Assembly (NCBI GenBank): GCA_963813025.1
Contig: CAWEXO010000013.1
Span: 448,001-512,000, forward strand
Direction of reading: 5' to 3'
DNA from: an uncultured Verrucomicrobiae bacterium
Lineage (GTDB): Bacteria; Verrucomicrobiota; Verrucomicrobiia; Chthoniobacterales; JAFAMB01
DNA: 64,000 bases
Of the stretch, positions 1 to 8,007 are shown piece by piece (positions within the stretch are counted from its first letter, which is position 1; the number at the start of each line of letters is the position of its first letter). The position numbers and the translations under genes were made by a program. A model generated the notes under the pieces. It was not told the DNA's origin and made no database searches. It worked only from the letters and a program-made list of their open reading frames with translations.

Positions 1-432
1 GCGAGCAAAAGATCAAGAAAAGCCGTTCCTGGAGCAGTTGCTGCAGGAAGGAGCCAGGAAGCTGTTACAGACGGCCATTGAGAATGAGGTGGTCGATTAT
101 ATCCAGTTCCACAAGGATCGAAGGGATGAGCATGGAAAACGATTGGTGGTGCGCAATGGGCGCTTGCCGGAGCGGGAAGTGATTAGTGGAGTCGGTCCGA
201 TCCGGGTTCGCCACGGGTCCGACATCCTGACAAGGGTCGATTTTCCAGTGCGATTCTGCCCAAGTACATGCGGCGCGCTCCCAGCATTGATGCGCTGATT
301 CCAGCCCTTTACCTCAAAAGGATCTCGACCGGAGATTTCAACGAAGCGTTGACAGCGATTTTGGGCGAAGGAGCCAGTGGGCTCTCAGCCACCAATATCG
401 TCAGACTCAAGAGCAGTTAGGAAGCCGATTAC
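1..432 (+). pseudogene. IS256-family transposase, N-terminal fragment
   Basis: Close paralogue of the 3075-4317 copy (LEQLLQEGARKLLQTAIENEV, RNGRLPER). It has a 4-nt deletion near 212, an in-frame TAG at 418-420, and is truncated at about 432. Confidence 0.85.
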
Positions 433-451
433 TGTAGCGCCTCACGTTATT

Positions 452-2125
452 TCCGGGATTTTTCTCAGATTAATTGCGACGGATTTCTCACGCTGTTCAC
501 GGCTCTAGGAGCCGTGACGTAGCTGGTCACGAAGGGTTCTAACCCGCTTTTTGCACCATGTAACGGTTTACGCAGAGGAAAGAGAGAGCCCGGGTTAATG
601 GTAGAGTGTTTTTCCAAAAGCGGGCTAGATGATGCCGCGGAAGCGGCATCTGGGGACACCGCAGGTATGCCGCCGTTGTTTTTCGGGTGCCGGGGTCAGC
701 ACCTCTGTAGGAGCACTAGCCATAGAAGCAAACCAAGCAGGAGCAAAAGAGCTGCTGAAAGGGAAAGCTCGAACTCAACCACAAGCGAATGCGGCGAGTG
801 TTTCGGGTGATGACCGCCCCAATTTTCAGCAGACGCAAGCGAATGGTTCCCACCTGAGCGCGGGCCAGTTCAGAACCGCTTAAGCCCAGACGACGGAGCG
901 CTTCTAAGAGCACATAGGCCGAGGAGGAGAGCAAGAGCCGGAACTGATTCGCCCACCAAGCATGGCAGCTGGTGCGATCACTAAAGAGACCAAGCTGTTG
1001 TTCCTTGATGCGATTTTCTATCTCACCCCGGGCGCAGTAAATCCCATCATAGAGCGCCTGGGCAGACCCTTCCAGATTGGTCAAAACATAACGCGGATTA
1101 GCCCCTTTTGGGCTGTGTTCGGCCTTGGCAATTACCCGTCGCTTCCGGTCCCAAGTTTTGGCCTTGTATTTAAATTGCGTGAACAGTCGCACCTTTTCTC
1201 CGCTCATTTGGTGTTTGCGTTCCGCCCGTTTCTGTAACTTAGCCGAGAGTGCCGCCAAGCGCTCATTCTTGGCCAGTCCGACCAGGTAGTTGACTCCCGC
1301 TCCCTCGCACCAGCGCAGCATCTTCCACCGGCAAAAGCCGCTGTCGGCGCGCAGGGTAATTTTGACCGCCGGCCAGTGTTGGCGCAGCGCCTTTACCAAT
1401 AAGGCCAGGATCGCCCAGGCATGTTTGGCCGAATCGATATTACTCTCGCGCAGATAACTCACCAGCAACCGCTCGCCGCAAAAGACGTACAGCGGTAAAA
1501 AGCAGAAGTCGTAGTAATAACCGTGAAAGTGTCGCCCTTCTTGCAGGCCATGCACCCGATCGTCGGTGCAATCAAAATCCAACACCAGTTCAGCCGGTGC
1601 TGATTCGAAGCTGCCCACGAATTGCTCGAACAACACTTCGTGCATCAACCAAGCTTCCCGGCGTCCAGCACGATTTTCTAAGCGGCACAACGTCGAACAA
1701 CTCGCCAGTTCCTCGGTTCGCTCACTGGCCGTTTGCCAAAGCAAATCTTTGCGCAAAAAATCATGGTCGTTGAGATCTTCGTACCCAAGGGCCAAAGCGT
1801 AAATGCGCTGCCGCAGCATGCTCTCCAACGAATGCTCGATCTTGTCGGGATCGCGCGGGTCGGGTAACCGCTGCGCCAACCCTTTGGTTAATCCAATCCA
1901 GCGATCCACTTGGCGCAGCAAAACCACTCCGCCGTCGCTGCTGACATTTCCTCCTTCGAAATTTCCTTCGATTTTTCTCCCACTAAAGCCTGGCAATTCA
2001 AATCCGAACTCAGTACATTCTGTCATTAGCGAAGTCTCCTGTTGGTTTGTTTGTAACTGATTCATTCCTAACAGGTTCCATAAAAGACTTCGCTACTTTT
2101 TTGTCCTTATGGTGCAATTTCCGGA
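452..2125 (-). mobile_element. IS1380-family insertion sequence (about 1.67 kb)
   Basis: Imperfect terminal IRs TCCGGGATTTTTCTCAG (452) and TCCGGAAATTGCACCAT (minus strand, from 2125) enclose a full transposase. No clear target duplication. Confidence 0.75.
716..2026 (-). CDS. IS1380-family DDE transposase, intact
   Basis: Family motifs FEGGNVSSDGG, GYEDLNDHD, LDFDCTDD, HGYY, RADSGF, YCARGEIENRIKEQQ. The ATG at 2026 is preferred over the TTG at 2065. Confidence 0.93.
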   Translation of the reverse strand: MTECTEFGFELPGFSGRKIEGNFEGGNVSSDGGVVLLRQVDRWIGLTKGLAQRLPDPRDPDKIEHSLESMLRQRIYALALGYEDLNDHDFLRKDLLWQTASERTEELASCSTLCRLENRAGRREAWLMHEVLFEQFVGSFESAPAELVLDFDCTDDRVHGLQEGRHFHGYYYDFCFLPLYVFCGERLLVSYLRESNIDSAKHAWAILALLVKALRQHWPAVKITLRADSGFCRWKMLRWCEGAGVNYLVGLAKNERLAALSAKLQKRAERKHQMSGEKVRLFTQFKYKAKTWDRKRRVIAKAEHSPKGANPRYVLTNLEGSAQALYDGIYCARGEIENRIKEQQLGLFSDRTSCHAWWANQFRLLLSSSAYVLLEALRRLGLSGSELARAQVGTIRLRLLKIGAVITRNTRRIRLWLSSSFPFQQLFCSCLVCFYG

Positions 2126-2506
2126 CTAAGCTCATCGATGATCCTGTTGCGTTGCTCTTCGTTTATGAGGGGAAGTGGAGTTGCCTTAGGCGTCGGATCT
2201 GGGGGCTGAGCTGCGGCCTTCAGACGCGTACGACTGATATTCAAGTCCTCCTCGAAGCGATCCAGTTGTAGGAGATTGGAAAGTTTCAGTGCGCCGATAT
2301 TCCGGCGCGTGGCGCGTATTTCCTTTTGGAGATAGGCGATGACTCGCCTCAAATCAGCAGCGTTAACTAAAGTCGGCCCGGAGGAACTCATACCAAAGCC
2401 GCTCACGGTCGAAGCGCAGGCTTAAATTCTGACCGGTGCACTGGCAGTAAAGCTCGTGGAGCTCGCGCACCAGTTGAGGGCAGTTTTGGATGATGGGCTC
2501 TGTCAT
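2126..2506 (-). pseudogene. Small hypothetical protein, frameshifted and truncated by IS1380
   Basis: ATG at 2506 reads MTEPIIQNCPQLVRELHELYCQCTGQNLSLRFDRERLWYEFLRADF. After a shift near 2368 it continues NAADLRRVIAYLQKEIRATRRNIGALKLSNLL... up to the IS1380 end. Confidence 0.5.
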
Positions 2507-2532
2507 GGGGAGGATAGCTCCTCTGGTTGAGA

Positions 2533-3005
2533 TCAGACAGCGCCCTGCTCCTGCAGCAGGTTAACCAGCCATGGCAAGCGATCGATTCCAGCTTGAACAT
2601 GGACGGCAGTGACATCGACACTGCTTTCAGCGGCTGCGGCTTCCATTGAGCGTTGAGCCAAGTGATTGATGGTTCGGGGCATCCCGCCGCCAGCTTGGAT
2701 TAATAGTTCCAAGGCATCAGGCTGGAACGGGCTAGCGTGGATGCTGGCGCTGCGCAAGCTGTGTTCGACGTATTGGCCACTTTGTTGGGCATTGAGCGCT
2801 CCCAGTTGCAGGCAGTATTCCAGCCGGCTGCGCAGCGGGGCATGAACTCCGAGCTTGAGGTTGGCCAAAAGCCCGTCGTCACCGACCAACATAAGGCTGA
2901 AGGGAACCTTATCAAGCTTGGCACAGGAGAGCAGACGCAGTTCTTCGAGGGCTGCCGCCGAGAGATTTTGGGCATCTTCGATCAAGACTTTCATTTCAAC
3001 AAGGG
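2533..3005 (-). pseudogene. ExeA/GspA-like AAA+ ATPase, C-terminal half (N-terminus lost at IS256)
   Basis: Walker B-like VLIEDAQNL, LEELRLL, LMLVG, PLRSRL and GGMPRTINHLA. No Walker A. The ORF abuts the IS256 IR at 3006. Confidence 0.8.
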
Positions 3006-4422
3006 GAGATATTGTCAAAAGTTGTGTATCGGGTTACTGGCGCATCCTTCGAAAACGATCGCGTTAAATGATGGTTAGGCTGCCTGTTGGGTTTGTTCTT
3101 CGCCATCGACGAATCGAACACCGGTAACTACCTTTGGGATCAATTCGAAGCCCTGGAGCCGGCGCCAATGCTTTTGGGCTTCCAGGCCGAGCTTGAAGAC
3201 CATGGTCAGTGTGGCGATGCGTGAACCGGAACCCTTGGTTCGATGAGTTCGAAGCCGAACGGTAGCGAAGGTTGATTCGATGGGGTTGGTGGTGCGTAGA
3301 TGCGGCCAATGTTGGGCCGGGAAATCGTAAAAAGTGAACAGAACTTCTTTATCTTTCTCCAAGCATTCGCAAGCTTTTGGGAATTTCTTTTGGTAACTGG
3401 AGAGGAACTGATCATAGGCAGCCAGAGCGGCTTTGCGGGTCGGCGCCAGGTACATTTCATGGATCAGTTGCTTGGCTTTGCCCTGGACGCTCTTGGGCAT
3501 TTTATCCAGGATGTTGGCTGTCTTATGCACCCAGCAACGTTGCTGGGCAACGGGGCCATATTCTTCCTGCAACGCGATCCAGGAGCCAAGCGAACCGTCT
3601 CCAATGGCCAGCTTGGGCGCACTGGACAGGCCCTGGCGTTTGAGCTGCCCAAGCACTTCACGCCAGCATTGAGAGCTTTCCCGGTACCCATCGACAACGG
3701 CTATCAATTCCTTGGTGCCATCCTCGGTGGCTCCAATCAAGATCAGCACGCAGGTGCGTTCCTCATCGAGCCGGACGTTGAAATAGACGCCGTCGGCCCA
3801 CCAATAAACGTAGCGCTTCTGGCTCAAATCCCGCTGACTCCATGCCTTGTAAGCGGCTTCCCATCCGGCCTTGAGTCTGACAATGTTCGTGGCCGATAGA
3901 TCCGCTGGCTCCCTCACCCAGGATCGCCTCCAGGGCTTCCGTAAAATCTCCAGTCGAGATCCCTTTGAGGTAAAGGGCTGGGATTAAGGCGTCAACGCTG
4001 GGAGCCCGACGCATATACTTAGGCAGAATCGCACTGGAAAAGCGATCCTTGTCGCGATGTCGGACCCGTGGCTGACGAACCCGGATCGGACCCACTCCGC
4101 TGACTACCTCCCGCTCCGGCAAGCGCCCATTGCGCACCACCAATCGTTTTCCATGCTGATCCCTTCGATCCTTTTGGAACTGGATATAATCGACCACCTC
4201 ATTCTCAATGGCCGTCTGTAACAGCTTCCTGGCTCCTTCCTGCAGTAACTGCTCCAGGAACGGCTTCTCTTCATTTTTTGCTCGCTCTTCAAGCGAGACC
4301 ACTTTATTCTCTGCCACGGGTGCATCCTGATACGGCTTCCATAGTTATGCACCGGCGCCGGCAGAAGGACCATTGCAGGCCACATTATTCATCGGAGCCG
4401 GTACATAACTTGCCCACGACTC
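3006..4422 (-). mobile_element. IS256-family insertion sequence (about 1.42 kb)
   Basis: Ends GAGATATTGTCAAAAGTTGTGTATCGG (3006) and GAGTCGTGGGCAAGTTATGTACCGG (minus strand, from 4422) share the AAGTT.TGTA.CGG core. The flanks are not duplicated. Confidence 0.85.
3075..4317 (-). pseudogene. IS256-family (Mutator-like) transposase with one +1 frameshift near 3900
   Basis: Motifs WADGVYF, LAIGDG, QRCWVHK, LRTTNPIES. One extra base relative to the GASGLSATNIV frame of the other copy. Confidence 0.9.
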
Positions 4423-4444
4423 GACTTGGGGTTGTTAATAACTC

Positions 4445-4613
4445 CAGGCAGTGTCAGAAGGTGATTGGCAGCTTTGCCTGCGGACCGGTACGGTCCGGTG
4501 CATCCCGCTCTACGAGAGCTCAAGAAAGATTACCGGCCGGTTCGGAGGCTTCCGTCCCAAAGTCTGAGAGAACGACATCCCAAGAGGATCCTGTATCAGG
4601 TCGACTCAGGACT
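4445..4613 (+). ncRNA. Putative IS110 bridge RNA (5' hairpin, target-binding loop, donor-binding loop)
   Basis: Stems CAGGCA/TGCCTG (4445-4480), CCGGTA/TACCGG (4485-4536, inner GCTCT-ACG-AGAGC) and CTGAG/CTCAG (4564-4609, inner ATCC-CAAGA-GGAT). Loop segments match the element junctions. Confidence 0.7.
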
Positions 4614-4670
4614 GAGGCCAAGGCTGATGCTGCGCGATACAGCTCCCAAACCTCCAAACGGAAATGCGCA

Positions 4671-5917
4671 ATGTCTTCTCCTGATTCCCTTGTAGCTCAC
4701 TTTGCCGGTCTTGACTGGGCGAAGCAGCATCATTACGTCGTCGTCGTCAACGCTGGTGGCCAGATCGTGACCGAGTTTAGTTTTTCCCATACGCTCGAAG
4801 GCTGGCAAGAGTGGCGCCAGCAAGCAGCCCGCTTTGCCCCTTTAGCAGTGGCAGTCGAAACCAGTCGAGGTGCCGTCGTCGACCAACTGCTTCAGACACC
4901 CGATTGCACGATTTATCCGCTGAACCCCAAAGCCGCTCGAGCGTACCGAAATCGCAAAGCTCCGAGTGGCACCAAGAGCGATCATTTAGATGCGTGGAGC
5001 TTTGCCGACGCCCTTCGTCTTGATGGTTCCACCTGGAAGCCGCTCTCAAAGCAAGATCCCCTTTTGGAGCAGTTGCACCTGCTGTGCCGTGACGAGATCG
5101 CCTTGATTGAAGAGCGCACGGCCTGGTCAATCAACTGATCGCTGCCCTGCATGAATATTATCCTACTGCTCTGGCGGCTTTTGAGGACTGGACGCTGCCC
5201 GCAGCGTGGGCCTTTGTGGAAGCCTTTGCCACGCCACAAGCCTTAGTCAACGCCGGCAAACGCCGATGGGAAAAGTTTTTGCACACCCATAAGCTGGCTC
5301 GACCCAATACCTATCAAAAGCGTCTGGAGCTCTTCGCTAAAGGTACCGAATTTGGTGCTTCGGAGGCTCTCACACTGGCTAAGAGCCGTCTGGCCGTGAC
5401 GCGTGCCAGGCAGCTACGGGTGCTGCAAACGCAGCTGGAGGACTATCGTCAGCAAATCGAAAAGCTCTTTGCGCACCATCCCGATCACGAACTGTTCGGC
5501 TCCTTGCCGGGAGTCGGCCCCAAAATCGCACCCCGCCTATTAGGCGAGCTAGGGGAGGACCGTCATCGGTTCGAGTCCCCTCAGGCTCTGCAATGCTACG
5601 GGGGGACTGCTCCGGTCAGCTATCAATCCGGTCCCGTCCATCAAGTCAGACTTCGCACCCAGTGCAACTTAGTCCTGCGATCTACCATTCACCTCTGGGC
5701 TGACCGAAGCCGACACGCCTGCCCTTGGGCCGACACCTATTACCAGAGCCTTCGAAAAAGGGGCAAAACTCACGCCTGCGCCTTACGGTGCCTAGGCCAG
5801 CGCTGGCTCAAAATCCTCTGGAAGATGTGGCAAACCCGGACCCGCTATGACGCGGAGCTGCATCAGAAACATCAGATCCAACACGGCTCCTGGGTGCTCA
5901 AACTGCACAACGCCTAA
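4671..5917 (+). pseudogene. IS110-family DEDD recombinase/transposase with one -1 frameshift near 5122
   Basis: GLDWAKQHH, AVETSRG, KSDHLDA (D-E-D-D), SLPGVG and APVSYQSG (Tnp-domain Ser). Adding one C to GCC(C)TG restores an ORF of about 415 aa. Confidence 0.92.
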
Positions 5918-6083
5918 CCTTCTATTTCCCATGTCAATAGCTTCACGCACAAATCAACTTGTAAACCAGAGAACATCTTTCTTTTTGGCGTCCTCGAGTG
6001 AGGCTGCCGTGTTTCTTTTTCTTACTGAAAGGATGCGCCTTTCTTTAGCTCCTCATCCACAAAATTCGGTTATAGCTCTCAAC

Positions 6084-6125
6084 AAGGATGCGCCAGCCCC
6101 AATACACAACTTTTGACAATATCTC
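6084..6125 (+). repeat. Solo IS256 right end
   Basis: 6102-6125 ATACACAACTTTTGACAATATCTC is the exact reverse complement of 3006-3029. It is preceded by AAGGATGCGCCAG, which is also shared. Confidence 0.85.
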
Positions 6126-6171
6126 GTCAGGGTGCCTAAAAACCTACAGACAAAAATTGAGGTCAACCAGT

Positions 6172-7475
6172 TCAGGTGCTCCCCATCGTCTGGACAGGTT
6201 CGATGGGTTTGTTAGCTATAAATTTCCTTCAAAAGGAGCGGGGAAAACCAGCCGATTCTTCCGCGCTACCTTTTGTCGGAGTTTTGTAGGGATTCTGTTA
6301 TATACGGCAGCAGGCGACCGATTGGCAAGACTGCTGTGCGGCCGCTGATCGTTGTAGAAGGAGAAGTAGCGACCGATACTCCGCCAGGCCTCGGTGACGG
6401 AGTCGTACTCACGCAAATAGACCTCCTCGTATTTCAGGCTGCGCCAGAGTCGTTCGACAAAAATTTTGTCATAGACTCTACCACGACCGTCCATGCTGAT
6501 AGCAATCTGGTGCTCGGTGAGGACCCCGGTCCACTCCAGACTGGTAAACTGAACTCCTTGATCGGTGTTACTGATCTCTGGTGGCCCGTACTTTTTCAAG
6601 GCCCGGCGGAGAGCCCGCACACAGAAGTCGCTTTCCAAGCTGTTGCTCAGTTCCCATTCCAAGACGTAACGGCTATAACAGTCCATTAAGGCGAAAAGAT
6701 AAACAAAGCCTTCGGCTAACCCGATGTAAGTGATGTCGCTACACCAGACCTGATTGCGGTGCTCGATGAGCAGGCCTTTGAGCAGATAGGGAAAACGCAG
6801 GTGTGCGCCGCCGTTGGAGCTCAGGCGAGGCCTAGGATAAACGGCTTCCAGTCCCATTAGGCGCATCAAGCGGCGGGTTCGCTTGTGGTTGACGGACCAA
6901 CCCTGGTCGTGCAACGCAAGGGTCATCCGGCGTACCCCGTAAAAGGGCCAGCGGGTATAGATAGAGTCGGTCCAGGGCGCTCATCAGCACCAGATTAGCG
7001 CTACTCTCTTCCTGCGCTTGGTAATACCAGCTGCTGCGGGCCACCCCGAGCAAGGGCGCATTGCTGCACGAGGCTCATTTTGTCGGCTGGGCCGATCAGC
7101 TGCCCGCCGCTGCTGGAGCGTAAAGCCCCGTACTTTTTTTTAAGCCACTCCAGTTCCATTTTGAGCCGTCCAATCTGCTCGAACAATTCGCTCTCCTGAC
7201 GTCTGAATTCCTGGTCGCCCACCCGAATCTCCCCGTCGAAAAACCCGCTCAGGCTTTCGACCGCTTGGCGTTTCCACGCCGAAACTTGCGTCGGGTGCAC
7301 GCCGTATTCAGAGGCGATCTCGTTGAGGGTCCGACGTTCTTGAATGGCCTCCAGGGCCACTTGTGCCTTTAGGGTCGCGCTATGCTGTCGTCGGCGCCTC
7401 ACGCCAGCTTTCTTGCCGTTCATCTCCAGGTCTTTTTTCTATCTTAGCGACCTGTCCAGATTGGGGAGCAATTCA
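6172..7475 (-). mobile_element. IS3-family element (orfA from 7423, orfB ending 6216), with extra frameshifts
   Basis: IRs share TGCTCCCCA..CTGGACAGGT. orfA has the HTH KAQVALEAI..GVHPTQVSAWK and an A-run slippery site near 7134-7142. orfB has WCSDITYI, NTDQGVQF and ERLWRSLKYE. Confidence 0.9.
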
Positions 7476-7764
7476 GTACTCTGTCAGTGGACAGCTCAGA
7501 GAAGCTGAGTAAGTCTGCGCGTCAAGAGGCAGGTTCGATGCTAAGGCGCTGACAATAAAAAGAGAGTAGCTTTGGAAAAATGTTTATACATTTGCCGTCG
7601 GACAAGGCAGAATGGTTTTATTAGTAGAAGCAGGCTGGATCACCTCTGAAGAATTGCTTAATTTGTCGAGTTTGCGGCCGAAACTGCATGCTTGATCATT
7701 AACGGTCACAGAAAATTGTTGTTGACACCGCATGACTACTCTGCTTGAAGGGCGTTGTTGCGGC

Positions 7765-7981
7765 GGTCCCAGGCACGAAGGTGAAGGGTATTGCGCGGCG
7801 GGTGCTGCGCAGGGAGGCCTACGGTAACGGCGGAAACAGATTTTTGATTAGACCCAGGTCGTGAGAAAACGACCGAGGTAAGTGGGACCAGGAAAATCCT
7901 GAAGCCTAACCGCCCGAACCTCGAAACGACTGACGCGGTTAAATACCAGAAGGGAACGAAACGAGTGCGTTTGCACTCGTT
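7765..7981 (+). promoter_or_regulatory. Highly structured leader upstream of the EPS operon (candidate cis-regulatory RNA)
   Basis: Six nested or serial stems, including GGTCCCA/TGGGACC, TGCGCGGC/GCTGCGCA, GGTCGT/ACGACC, TAACCGC/GCGGTTA and AACGAGTGC/GCACTCGTT. Confidence 0.4.
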
Positions 7982-8007
7982 GGGCGTGGAGTCTGCAATG
8001 TGTCCGC

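Larger units (their letters stand above)
4423..5974 (+). mobile_element. IS110-family element (about 1.55 kb)
   Basis: DEDD recombinase with about 250 nt of structured non-coding left end and a short right end. Boundaries were inferred from guide-to-junction matches (see findings). Confidence 0.8.

Noticed and set aside
4347..4355. CCGGTGCAT on the minus strand inside the IS256 left end matches the predicted IS110 left target guide
   Set aside because: It is a single 9-mer and is not followed by the right-target sequence, so it may be chance.
5959..5964. TTGTAA as the -35 of an IS110 circle-junction promoter
   Set aside because: With the inferred junction, no good -10 falls at 16-18 bp spacing, so the promoter is not called.
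7722..7750. TTGACA as the EPS operon promoter
   Set aside because: No convincing -10 at normal spacing.
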